A stretch of DNA of 64,000 nt from NCBI GenBank assembly GCA_963662665.2, contig CAXXJS010000010.1:413100-477099 (forward strand), given 5' to 3'. Shown piece after piece: positions 9,894 through 19,034 of this stretch; within the stretch, counting starts at the first letter, position 1, and every line of letters begins with the position of its first letter. Below the pieces are notes generated by a model. That model worked only from the letters and a program-made list of their open reading frames with translations. It was not told the origin of the DNA and did not search any database. The position numbers and the translations under genes were made by a program. The DNA is from Candidatus Latescibacterota bacterium (GTDB taxonomy: Bacteria; Latescibacterota; UBA2968; GCA-2709665).

Positions 9894-10328
9894 ATGGCAG
9901 GCACGATTCCCCTCATCAGTTCCGGTGTCGCGGGGCCTCTGGGCGCCATCCACCTCCCCAGATTGTGGTTGAAGTTGACGCTTTCCGCGAAGGGACAGCT
10001 TGCGGACGACTACCCCGAATGCGGCGCCGGTTACGACCAGATGGTGCTGGACGGATTGAAAGTCGATCGAGACGCGGCGGTGGACCACGTGAAGAGCAAC
10101 CTGCCGACGTATATCGAGTTTGAAAATTGGGTGGTAAGTCAGCGCGGCGGCAGCATACCGCAGGGGGAAATTGACGCCTCGAACGACGCCATACGCGGGT
10201 ATCACCACGATGACGACACGCGCGGGGCGATTCTGTCGGCGGCCGGTGTGGAGGATGACGGGTCTATTCTGGACGCGGTAAACCTGAACAATCTGGACGA
10301 TTGGACGGAATTCCACAACAACCTGTAG
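9894..10328 (+). CDS. DUF5069-like protein
   Basis: GPLGAIHLPRLWLK, GYDQMVLDGL, PTYIEFENWV; strong AAGGAG ribosome-binding site. Confidence 0.7.
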   Translation: MAGTIPLISSGVAGPLGAIHLPRLWLKLTLSAKGQLADDYPECGAGYDQMVLDGLKVDRDAAVDHVKSNLPTYIEFENWVVSQRGGSIPQGEIDASNDAIRGYHHDDDTRGAILSAAGVEDDGSILDAVNLNNLDDWTEFHNNL

Positions 10329-10341
10329 GAGGTTCCGACCG

Positions 10342-10395
10342 GAGCGTTCGACCGCTGGCTGCACCGGTAAAGGCGTAGGCAGTCGAACGCTCTTT
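10342..10395 (+). terminator. Intercistronic hairpin followed by a short T-run
   Basis: GAGCGTTCGAC...GTCGAACGCTC (11 bp perfect) then TTTGT. Confidence 0.5.
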
Positions 10396-10412
10396 GTACG
10401 CCGGAGGGCAAG

Positions 10413-11303
10413 ATGGAGACTTCTGATTTCAGAATCGGTGTGGTGGGCGTCGGGCGAATGGGAGCGAATATTGCAAGGCACCTGAAGGATGACGGTTTTT
10501 CCGTAACGTCAGTCTACGATGTCCGAACCGCTGCAGCTGCCGAACTGGCGCGGGAACTCGGGTGCGAGGCATCCAGGACGCTGGCGGGTGTGACCGCGGC
10601 GGCGGATCAGATCATTACGGTCGTCACCGACGACGACGCGATGCGTGCGGTTTTTTCCACCGGGGGAGATAGTTTGCTGCGCGGTGCGGACGGAAGGGTT
10701 TTTATCAATTGCGCAACCATCACGCCCCAGGTGCACGTCGACGTCGAGGCGCTGGCGGAGGAGGCGGGCGCCAGAAGTCTGGAGGGCTGTATGGCAAGCA
10801 GTATCACCCAGGCTCGCGAGGGCACCCTTTATCTGATGTGCGGCGGCAGGAAGGACGTATTCGACGACGTGCAGCCGATTCTGGATTCGATGAGTACGGA
10901 TTTGAAGTACATCGGAGAGGCCGGAACGGCGGCACAGGTCAAGGCGCTCGTGAATATGGTGATGAATATCAATACGGCAGGCCTGGCGGAGGGCCTCGGC
11001 CTGGGTTCGGCGCTGGGTCTCGATCTGGATATGCTTCAGCAGGTGTTTTCGCAAACGGGCGCCAACTCCCGGGTACTGGAAACGGACGGTGAGGACATGG
11101 TGGCCCGCGATCACGAGTGTTATTTTTCGTCTGCACACGCGTCCAAGGATTCCGGCATCGCCCTGGACCTCGCGCGAAACGCCGGGCTGAATCTTCCGCT
11201 TGCGGATGCGACCAAGAGGCAGTTCGACCGCATGATTGAGATCGGCAAAGGCGAACTCGATAAGTCCGGCGTTGCCGAGTTGACGTTTCCAGGGAGAGGA
11301 TAG
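10413..11303 (+). CDS. Beta-hydroxyacid dehydrogenase (3-hydroxyisobutyrate dehydrogenase family)
   Basis: GVGRMG Rossmann motif, catalytic Lys in AAQVKALVN. Confidence 0.88.
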   Translation: METSDFRIGVVGVGRMGANIARHLKDDGFSVTSVYDVRTAAAAELARELGCEASRTLAGVTAAADQIITVVTDDDAMRAVFSTGGDSLLRGADGRVFINCATITPQVHVDVEALAEEAGARSLEGCMASSITQAREGTLYLMCGGRKDVFDDVQPILDSMSTDLKYIGEAGTAAQVKALVNMVMNINTAGLAEGLGLGSALGLDLDMLQQVFSQTGANSRVLETDGEDMVARDHECYFSSAHASKDSGIALDLARNAGLNLPLADATKRQFDRMIEIGKGELDKSGVAELTFPGRG

Positions 11304-11314
11304 CCCCCTTTCAC

Positions 11315-12169
11315 GTGCGTCCTGTCGCGGGTTTTGGATTGGACGCTGCTATATCGGCGCCCGGTATGGAATCGGTTCGTTATCGCTATGTAATGGGGTT
11401 TACGAGGCTTTCCCTCTGGTACGTGTGGCGCCTGGCGGCAACCGGTGCGGAACCCTTTGCCGACGCGGTGAATAAGCGGGTGAACATCTATCGGAACACC
11501 TCGTTCTATGACGGGAAACACCACCCATCCGGGGATGACGTCGGTCCCGGGTGGGCGGCCTTGGTCGATCGGCTGGCTGCCCTATTTACCGTGCACAGGG
11601 AGGATGCGTCAACACACGGATTTGAAGAGGCCGGGCTCGACTTGCTGTGGCCCTGGCTCGAGGCCCGACTCAAGAAAGGCGGCGACGGCCCGGCGGGGGA
11701 ACGGCCTTACGAATGCTGGTCTTACGACTATACGGGCTCGGGTCGTCTGAATATACATATAGACAACGTGTACACGCCCGGATCGCCTCTGAGCGAGATG
11801 TTCGCGCCCTTCGCCGCTTCCCTGATACGCATGCTGCTCGATTCGCTGGAGCGGTGCCCTGAAGTCACCGTGGTGCGTTGCTCCAGTTGGATGAATTCTA
11901 CGCCGCGGTTCCGGTCCCTTTTCCCACCTCGCTGGGTGAAGAGCGAGGTGGTGAATCCCCACGTCGGTTATACAATGGGCCACTGGGGGCAGTTCATGGA
12001 CCGGCGCGGCGATTTTCACGTCAGGAACGGTCAACGGTTTCGCGCCACCGGGACATTGCCGTACGCGGCCTCAAGTTGCGAATGCGGAATCAACGAAGCG
12101 CTGGATCATCTGACACGCCGGTTTCCGGAGGCGGTCGCGTACAACCGGCAACGGGCTGTTAAGGTTTGA
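11315..12169 (+). CDS. Hypothetical protein, possibly GNAT-like C-terminal domain
   Basis: 284-aa ORF filling the gap in a co-directional run; LNIHI...CSSWMN; start uncertain (11315 or 11366). Confidence 0.6.
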   Translation: MRPVAGFGLDAAISAPGMESVRYRYVMGFTRLSLWYVWRLAATGAEPFADAVNKRVNIYRNTSFYDGKHHPSGDDVGPGWAALVDRLAALFTVHREDASTHGFEEAGLDLLWPWLEARLKKGGDGPAGERPYECWSYDYTGSGRLNIHIDNVYTPGSPLSEMFAPFAASLIRMLLDSLERCPEVTVVRCSSWMNSTPRFRSLFPPRWVKSEVVNPHVGYTMGHWGQFMDRRGDFHVRNGQRFRATGTLPYAASSCECGINEALDHLTRRFPEAVAYNRQRAVKV

Positions 12170-12188
12170 AGGGGGTCGTTGAATCGAA

Positions 12189-13283
12189 ATGAAGATAACC
12201 GATATCAAGGTCTACAATCTCCGGTACCCCCTGGAAGCGCCGTTTGCGAATGCGATCGCCTGGAATACGGCACGGACGGCCGGCGTGATCGAGGTCATCA
12301 CGGACGCGGGCGTGACGGGTTGGGGAGAAGGCGTTGCAGGTCTGAACGAGACGGCGCTGCGGGCGCGGCTCCTGGGACGCGATCCGCTTGACGTCGAGGT
12401 CATCTGGAACGATCTGTATCATCGGGGCGGCATCGGGTTTTCGGAATTGAGCGCGGTGGATATCGCGCTGTGGGACATCGTGGGCAGAACCCTGAATATG
12501 CCTATATATCGTCTTTTGGGCGGTGCGTTCCGGGATCGGATTCCGGCATATGCCAGTGGATTGTTCATGCAGCGGAAGGCCGATATGACCGGGACGTTGG
12601 TGGAAGAGGCGGGGTCGTACGCGGATATGGGGTTTGCGGCCGTGAAGATGAAAATCGGGTTCGGTGAGGATTACGACGTGAAAAACGTCGCCGCGGTGCG
12701 AGCGGCCGTGGGCGATTCGATTCTGCTTGCCGTAGACGCCAATTGCGGCTACGATACCGGCACGGCGATCCACGTGGGGCGCCGGCTGCTCAAGAACGAT
12801 CTGTTGTGGTTCGAGGAACCGATTTCAACCGACGACGTGCCGGGCTACCGCGAGATCCGTCAGGCACTGGGGGTGCGCGTTGCGGGCGGCGAAGCGCTCC
12901 AGGGCCGGTGGGCTTTTCGCCATCTCATCCAGGAACGGGGCGTGGATATCGTGCAGCCGGACATCAGCGACGCGGGCGGGTTTACGGAGTGCAGGAAAGT
13001 TGCCGCGCTGGCAAGCGCAAACCACGTGCGGGTGCTGCCCCACATGTGGGGAACCAGCATTCGACTGGCCGCTACGATACATTGGCAGGCAACCCTTCCC
13101 GACTCGCCCGAAACCCTGAATCCGTTTCCGTCGTTGTTTGAATTCGATATGACCGAGAACCGGCTGCGCACGGAACTCGCCAGAGATCCGATCCAGGCCG
13201 TGGAAGGGTACGTACCCGTGATACAGGATCCAGGCCTTGGAATCGAGATTAACAGAGATGTACTGGAAGCATACGCTGTTTAA
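12189..13283 (+). CDS. Mandelate racemase/muconate lactonizing enzyme family
   Basis: GWGEG, DIALWDIVG, KMK, VDAN, WFEEP, AGGE, QPD, PHMW. Confidence 0.9.
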   Translation: MKITDIKVYNLRYPLEAPFANAIAWNTARTAGVIEVITDAGVTGWGEGVAGLNETALRARLLGRDPLDVEVIWNDLYHRGGIGFSELSAVDIALWDIVGRTLNMPIYRLLGGAFRDRIPAYASGLFMQRKADMTGTLVEEAGSYADMGFAAVKMKIGFGEDYDVKNVAAVRAAVGDSILLAVDANCGYDTGTAIHVGRRLLKNDLLWFEEPISTDDVPGYREIRQALGVRVAGGEALQGRWAFRHLIQERGVDIVQPDISDAGGFTECRKVAALASANHVRVLPHMWGTSIRLAATIHWQATLPDSPETLNPFPSLFEFDMTENRLRTELARDPIQAVEGYVPVIQDPGLGIEINRDVLEAYAV

Positions 13284-13350
13284 GGAAGCATATAACCGGA
13301 GGGGTGTGCGGCCCTGACAGTCCGGGGGTCCAATCAACAAGGAGGGTGGT

Positions 13351-14604
13351 TTGGCAACAGGTACGAGGAAGTCCGACCTGGCGATTAACGGCGGCAGGCC
13401 GGTACACCGTAAGCCCTGGCGTACGGGAGCGTTCCATTTCAGGGAGGAATTGGCTGCGCTGGAAAAGCTGCTTGATGGACCGGCGCTACCGCTGGCCCGC
13501 GGCAAGGCCGTTATGGCCTATCGCGAAGGGTTGCAGAAGCTCTACGGACTACCCTACGCCGTGCCGACGAGTTCAGGGAGCGCGGCCATCCACGTGGCGT
13601 TGGCCGCGGCGGGTATCGGCGCGGGAGACGAGGTCATATTGAGCCCGCTGACCGACTATGGTAGCATTATGGGGATATTTCAGTTGAACGCGATTCCGGT
13701 CTTTGCCGACGTGCAACCCGACGGACTGTTGATGGACGTTGGGGCGATGGAAGCGTCAGTCACCCCGTTCACCCGGGCGATCATGCCAATTCATAACGGG
13801 GGGTACGCGGTGGACATGCCGGCGGTGATGAGGGTCGCCCGCAGCCATCGGCTGATGGTCATCGAGGATTGCGCGCAGGCGCATCTCTCGTCTTTAAAGG
13901 GCAAATACCTGGGCACGTTCGGCCACCTTGGGGCGTGGAGTACGAACGAGAGCAAACACATGAAGTCGGGCGAGGGCGGGTTTGTTATGACCCGACGGCG
14001 GAAACTGGCTGAAACGGCGGATCTGTTTTCCGACAAATGCTATCCGAGGTTCCCTGGAGCGCCGGCAACACCCGCCTTCCCCGCGTTGAACGTGCGGCTT
14101 AGCGACGTCAACGCGGCATTGGCATCGGTGCAGCTGAAGCGGGTGCCGGGGTGGATCGCCAGGCGTCAGGCGTTTGGCGAGGCGTTCGATATGGGGATTT
14201 CGGGGCTGCCGGGCGTCAAGCCCCATCCCCAGCCGGCAGGCGCGAAGCCCAGTTACTGGTGGGCGCTGTTTTCCGTAGACCCTGAAGTGCTGGGCGTCGA
14301 TGCGGCAGAGTTCTGTAGGATGGTCGCGGCGGAAGGCGTTCCGGCGTTCGCGAGTCCACAGCAGTACGTGGTCGGGTGGCGGGTATTCCGCAGGCTGAAC
14401 CAGGATCCGGCGGTGTTCAACAGCTACAGGCCGGACCGGCTCGAAAAGGGGGCGTATCCTCTCGATGCGTGTCCGAATGCCAGAAGCTGCGGAGAACGCG
14501 TCGGCGCGGTTCGGTTGACCCAGCACAATACCGTGGGGGAGGCGAACGCCGCTGCACGCGCCGTGCGGAAGGTCACGGAGGCATTGATGGGAAAACGGGC
14601 ATAA
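13351..14604 (+). CDS. DegT/DnrJ/EryC1/StrS PLP-dependent aminotransferase
   Basis: SSGSAAIH, IEDCAQAH, SKHMKSGEGG (PLP lysine); TTG start after AAGGAGG. Confidence 0.88.
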   Translation: MATGTRKSDLAINGGRPVHRKPWRTGAFHFREELAALEKLLDGPALPLARGKAVMAYREGLQKLYGLPYAVPTSSGSAAIHVALAAAGIGAGDEVILSPLTDYGSIMGIFQLNAIPVFADVQPDGLLMDVGAMEASVTPFTRAIMPIHNGGYAVDMPAVMRVARSHRLMVIEDCAQAHLSSLKGKYLGTFGHLGAWSTNESKHMKSGEGGFVMTRRRKLAETADLFSDKCYPRFPGAPATPAFPALNVRLSDVNAALASVQLKRVPGWIARRQAFGEAFDMGISGLPGVKPHPQPAGAKPSYWWALFSVDPEVLGVDAAEFCRMVAAEGVPAFASPQQYVVGWRVFRRLNQDPAVFNSYRPDRLEKGAYPLDACPNARSCGERVGAVRLTQHNTVGEANAAARAVRKVTEALMGKRA

Positions 14605-14681
14605 CGACGCGGTCACCGGGGTCCGCGGATGAATGTCATCCCGCGGGGCTCCGATGTCAGTCCAATTCGTGGAGGATCGGG

Positions 14682-15251
14682 ATGGATGTTCTCGATGTAC
14701 TGAAGGCGCGGCGGACGATCTTCAAATTCAATTCCAGGCCCGTTTCCGGCGAGATGCTGAAACGTATTTTCGAGTTCGGCCTATGGGCGCCGAACCACCA
14801 TGTAACGGAGCCCTGGCGTTTTGTTGTTCTCGGGGAAGAGACGAAAGAGGCGCTGGCACGGCGATATGCGAAAATCCAGGAAGCCAAGGCGCCGGACGCC
14901 GCCGCCGAGGAGACCCGGATGAAGCTCCGGCAGGCAGGTTACGACAAGTTCATGTCCAAACCCTCGATCGTCGCGGTTTCCTGTCTGCAGGAGGGAGATG
15001 AACAGCGGCGGCGGGAGGACTATGCGGCGGTGTGTTGCGCTATGCAGAACGTCCAACTCGCGGCCTGGGAACTGGGTGTGGGAATCCAGTGGAGCACCGG
15101 ACCCATTACAATGCAAGAGGATACGTACGATTTGCTCGGAATGGATCAGGACCGGGAGTATATCATCGGATTCTTCTATATGGGATACCCGAGCGAAATT
15201 CCGTCGCCCAGGCGGAAACCGCTGGATGACGTGATGCGCTGGACTGCTTGA
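14682..15251 (+). CDS. Nitroreductase family protein (YdjA-like)
   Basis: RRTI, WAPNHHVTEPWRF, QNVQLAAW, QWSTG; ATG after GGAGG. Confidence 0.88.
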   Translation: MDVLDVLKARRTIFKFNSRPVSGEMLKRIFEFGLWAPNHHVTEPWRFVVLGEETKEALARRYAKIQEAKAPDAAAEETRMKLRQAGYDKFMSKPSIVAVSCLQEGDEQRRREDYAAVCCAMQNVQLAAWELGVGIQWSTGPITMQEDTYDLLGMDQDREYIIGFFYMGYPSEIPSPRRKPLDDVMRWTA

Positions 15252-15270
15252 CAACCCCCCTGAGGGCGCG

Positions 15271-16176
15271 TCAACTTCGCCCGGCCGTGCGGGCCTGTAC
15301 ACCGGCCAGGTCTTCAACGACGGTCAAGAGGCCGGAGTGATCCAGTTCGCCCCGGTTCTTCGCCAGCGCCAGGTTGAACAATTCGTGAACGATGCTGGTT
15401 ACCGGCAGCGGCACATTGTAGTCGCTGCCGGTTTTCATGATGATATTGAGATCCTTGTAGTGGAGTCGGATGCGGAAGCCAGGTTCGAAGTCTCCGTTAA
15501 CCATGCGTTCGCCCCGGTTCTCAAGTACGCCGCAGCGGGCAAGGCCCCCGCTCAGGACCTGTACGATGTTGGCCGGGTCAACGCCCGCCTTGGCGCCGAG
15601 CGTCAACGCTTCCGACACACCGGCAATCGTCACGGCAACCAGAACCTGGTTGCAGGCTTTCACGGTCTGACCGGAGCCGAGGGGTCCGCACAGTACGATA
15701 TTCTTGCCCATGGCCTCGAAGACGGGCTTTACGGTGTTGAATACATCCTCTTCGCCGCCCACCATGATGGAGAGCGTGGCGTTTTGCGCTCCCACGTCGC
15801 CTCCGCTTACCGGCGCGTCCAGGCAGCGAACCCCTTTGCCTGCCATTGCCTTGCCGACTTTCAGGGCAACACTTGGCGCGATCGTGCTCATATCGACGTA
15901 AATGTCACCCTTGCTCACGCCTTCGATAATACCCCCGGATCCGAGAGCAACTTCCTCCACGTCCGGCGAGTCGGGCAACATGGTGACAACGATATCGCTG
16001 TTTTCGGCGACCTCTTTGGGGGAATGGGCCTCCCTGGCGCCGGCGTCGGTCAGTTCGGCCGCGGATTCACGGCTGCGGTTGTGCGCAACAACGACGTAAC
16101 CGGCCTGAAGCAGGTGCCTGGACATGGGTTTTCCCATAATTCCGAGTCCGATGAATCCGATCCTGGGTTTTGACAT
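15271..16176 (-). CDS. garR: 2-hydroxy-3-oxopropionate (tartronate semialdehyde) reductase-like
   Basis: GLGIMGKPM, DAPVSGG, GQTVKACNQ, PGFRIRLHYKDL; start set at ATG after AAAGGAG. Confidence 0.75.
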   Translation of the reverse strand: MSKPRIGFIGLGIMGKPMSRHLLQAGYVVVAHNRSRESAAELTDAGAREAHSPKEVAENSDIVVTMLPDSPDVEEVALGSGGIIEGVSKGDIYVDMSTIAPSVALKVGKAMAGKGVRCLDAPVSGGDVGAQNATLSIMVGGEEDVFNTVKPVFEAMGKNIVLCGPLGSGQTVKACNQVLVAVTIAGVSEALTLGAKAGVDPANIVQVLSGGLARCGVLENRGERMVNGDFEPGFRIRLHYKDLNIIMKTGSDYNVPLPVTSIVHELFNLALAKNRGELDHSGLLTVVEDLAGVQARTAGRS

Positions 16177-16194
16177 TGATACGGCTCCTTTCAC

Positions 16195-17028
16195 TTACCC
16201 GTCTATAAAAAGAGACTTGTCCGACGTGGGAATAACGCGAGCGGCTTCGGCACGGGCGACGATATCGGAAATGGCGGCTTCCCCGTCCGGACCGTAGTCC
16301 AGGGTGTAGGCGTTGACGTACAGGTCGATAAATCTCTGTGCGACGGTCGCATCCATGTCCGGGGCATACCGAAGGATGTCATTTTTTACCTGGTCCGCAT
16401 GGGTGTTGGCGTATTGCACGCTTTCCTGTACAGCTTTCTCAATGGCCCGGATCCGGTCGGCGCCGAGATTCCGGCGGGCAACGATACCGCCCAGCGGAAT
16501 GGGGTGGCCGGTGGTGTGTTCCCACCAATCGCCCAGGTCGATCACTTCGTGCAGTCCGAAGTCGCGGAAGGTAAATCGGCTTTCGTGAATAATGAGTCCA
16601 GCGCGGACTTCGCCGATCCGTACGGCATCCATGATGCGGTGGTAGGGCAGAGTGACGAATTCGTCGAGGGACGGATCGAACAGGCGCAACAACAGGCCCG
16701 CGGTGGTCAATCTTCCGGGAACTGCAATTTTTCTGCCGGTCAGATCCGACGGATGAAGGGGTGTGGCGGCAACGACGAGCGGCCCGCAGCCTCGACCCAG
16801 CGCGCCGCCCGAATGGAGGAGACAGTACCGGTCACGGAGGTGCCCGAGGGCATGAAAGGAAACCTTGGATACATCTATCCGGCCATTCAGAGCCAGGTGG
16901 TTGAGGGTTTCTATGTCTTCGAGAATCGTATCAAACGTGGGCGCCTCTGGAATTTTTCCATGGGTGAGGCCGTAGAAGATGCACGTGTCGTTCGGGCTGG
17001 GAGAGTAGCCGAGAGAAGCGGACGCCAT
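16195..17028 (-). CDS. mqnD: 1,4-dihydroxy-6-naphthoate synthase (futalosine pathway)
   Basis: LGYSPSPNDT, DIETLN, GALGRGCGPL, IHESRFT, DLGDWWE, PIPLG, IDLYVN. Confidence 0.9.
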   Translation of the reverse strand: MASASLGYSPSPNDTCIFYGLTHGKIPEAPTFDTILEDIETLNHLALNGRIDVSKVSFHALGHLRDRYCLLHSGGALGRGCGPLVVAATPLHPSDLTGRKIAVPGRLTTAGLLLRLFDPSLDEFVTLPYHRIMDAVRIGEVRAGLIIHESRFTFRDFGLHEVIDLGDWWEHTTGHPIPLGGIVARRNLGADRIRAIEKAVQESVQYANTHADQVKNDILRYAPDMDATVAQRFIDLYVNAYTLDYGPDGEAAISDIVARAEAARVIPTSDKSLFIDG

Positions 17029-17050
17029 AGCAGTCCGTTGATAAAGTCGC
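17029..17050 (+). repeat. Copy of dispersed IS-end-like repeat abutting the mqnD start codon
   Basis: 17031-17050 is identical (20/20) to the reverse complement of 7413-7432. Confidence 0.65.
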
Positions 17051-17144
17051 GCTGCAGTTAAGGCCGAGCGATCGTGCAGGAAGACAAGGCGCGCGACCGA
17101 GCGGTCGCGTCCGGAGAACGCCGGGACCGGATACGCTGTACGGT

Positions 17145-17879
17145 TCAGGGCGTCAGTTTTTCGATCAGGACACGGGCAGCCGCTTGCGCGTTGCGGGCCG
17201 CCAGCGGAAGCTTCCAGGCTCCCGGGTTCCGGTCTTCGACGAGGTTGCTGATGCCTCGCATTTCGATGAAAGGTACTTCGTAAAGCGTACAGAGATGCGC
17301 GGCGGCCGCGCCTTCCATATTTTCGCAGATGGCGTTGAACCGCGCCGCGAGTTCGGTGCCTCGGGCAGCAGTGCCGCTGCATTGCTGAACGGTCACAAAC
17401 GGACCTGAGCGCACGGCCGGTGTTCCATCCGCCCACGTGGTATTGAGGATCCGGGCCACCGCCTCTCGGGCAAGCACCGAATCGAGCGGAAAGGTATTGT
17501 AGTGGTTCCGGATCTTGCTGAGGATCGGGATCCCGATCGCATCGGCAGGCAGCCAGCCGTCCGGTGCGAGGACCCCCAGTTCCCCGTCGTTCTCTTCGGT
17601 GGCCACGGCGAGGTCTCCTACGTCCAGTTGTGAGCCGGCGTAGGCGCCGCCGACGCCGACCTGCAGGACGAAGTCGGGCGGGCCGGATTCCAGAGCCGCG
17701 GTAAGCGCCTGCGCCGTATTGACGGCGCCGATACCGGTCTCGATCAGGATGACGCGGCGGGTCCCCAGATTACCCTCGGTGCGTACACGGTGGGCGAAGG
17801 TGCGCGTGGCCGGGTGTGAAATGCTCCTTCTGAGCGCATCCTGCTCGAAAGCGGTGGCTGTCAGGACGATGATGTCCAT
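17145..17879 (-). CDS. mqnB: Futalosine hydrolase
   Basis: PNP/MTAN fold: TGIGAVN, GVGGAY, TVQQCSGT, ENMEGAA, RGISNLVEDR; adjacent to mqnD. Confidence 0.88.
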   Translation of the reverse strand: MDIIVLTATAFEQDALRRSISHPATRTFAHRVRTEGNLGTRRVILIETGIGAVNTAQALTAALESGPPDFVLQVGVGGAYAGSQLDVGDLAVATEENDGELGVLAPDGWLPADAIGIPILSKIRNHYNTFPLDSVLAREAVARILNTTWADGTPAVRSGPFVTVQQCSGTAARGTELAARFNAICENMEGAAAAHLCTLYEVPFIEMRGISNLVEDRNPGAWKLPLAARNAQAAARVLIEKLTP

Positions 17880-17965
17880 CGGTTATTCATAACGCGGGAA
17901 TGGGCCTCGACGATGGCCTGGATCTGACTGGCTTCGTTGCCAACCGCCGATCTGCCGCGGGTGTG

Positions 17966-18991
17966 TCATCCCAATCGTTTCGATACGCCGAGTCGGGCTG
18001 CAACGGATTCCAGGTCGGTAACGTGCGGCAGGAGCATGCGAATTCCGTTTTCGAGGTTGTGCTCGCGCGTGATCCACTCGGGTTCTCCCGGGTAGTAGAC
18101 GCGGTCTGTCCCGGTTGCGGGTCTGGCCTCTCGGATGGACTGAATACGGGCGTCAACTTCCGCTCGGAAGGATTCCGGATCGGCGAACGTGGATACATTG
18201 ATCGCGATGAAGAGATAGCCGAATTTTTCGACGTCCGGAAAATCGGCCCCGGCCAGGATGCCGCCTATACATTGCATCACTACGGAGAGGCCCGATCCTT
18301 TCGGCCCCAGAGGTACGACGATGCGGGCTTCCGCCGGGTCGTCCGTAGGTTTGCCCGCCCCGTCCAGCGCCCAACCCGGCGGGATTTTCTCGCCTCGGTC
18401 GCGTGCAATGCCGATTTTGCCGGCGGCAACCACGCCCGTGGCCATATCCAGGATGATGGGGCGTTCCCGGCCTGCGGGAATCCCGTAGGCGAAGGGCGCG
18501 TTCCCGATGGCGGGTTCGATGCTGCCGTACGGCGCCATATTACCGCGGTTCTTGCGTCCACCGGTTGTGTTGAAGCCCACCATGCAGGCTTCGGCCGCCA
18601 TGTTGGCGTAGTAGGCCGCGGCGCCGTAGTGATTGGTGTTCCGAACGGCGGCCATCCCGATGCCCGCCCCTTCCGCTTTCCGGATAGCGCGTTTCATTGC
18701 CTTATACGCGGCAACCTGTCCCAGGGCGTTATCCGCGTCCAGATGGGCGTACGCGGCGCCTTCGCTCAGGACGTGGGGCCGGGCATCCGGGTTGATCTCG
18801 CCTCCCAGGATCTGGCGGATGTAACCCGCAATTGCGCGCGCGCCATGGGAATGGACGCCGCGAAGGTCCGCTTCAACCTGGATGCGGGCCGTGATTCGGG
18901 CGTTGGATTCGGGTACGCCCGCCGCTGTGAGGAGTTCAACGCAAAAAGCCTCAAGTGCGGCATGGGAGACGGTGCGAGTCGGAGTGGTCAC
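17966..18991 (-). CDS. Ldh_2 family (malate/sulfolactate/ureidoglycolate) dehydrogenase
   Basis: ADLRGVHSHG, RNTNHYG, GNAPFAYG, LDMAT, PKGSGL, YPGE. Confidence 0.88.
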   Translation of the reverse strand: MTTPTRTVSHAALEAFCVELLTAAGVPESNARITARIQVEADLRGVHSHGARAIAGYIRQILGGEINPDARPHVLSEGAAYAHLDADNALGQVAAYKAMKRAIRKAEGAGIGMAAVRNTNHYGAAAYYANMAAEACMVGFNTTGGRKNRGNMAPYGSIEPAIGNAPFAYGIPAGRERPIILDMATGVVAAGKIGIARDRGEKIPPGWALDGAGKPTDDPAEARIVVPLGPKGSGLSVVMQCIGGILAGADFPDVEKFGYLFIAINVSTFADPESFRAEVDARIQSIREARPATGTDRVYYPGEPEWITREHNLENGIRMLLPHVTDLESVAARLGVSKRLG

Positions 18992-19034
18992 GATTTGTAG
19001 TCAGATGCAGGCAGTATACGGCGAATCGGGCGGA

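Noticed and set aside
17029-17436. N-terminal extension of MqnD in the ORF track (apparent fusion)
   Set aside because: It overlaps mqnB in another frame and crosses the intergenic repeat; MqnD similarity begins at 17028.
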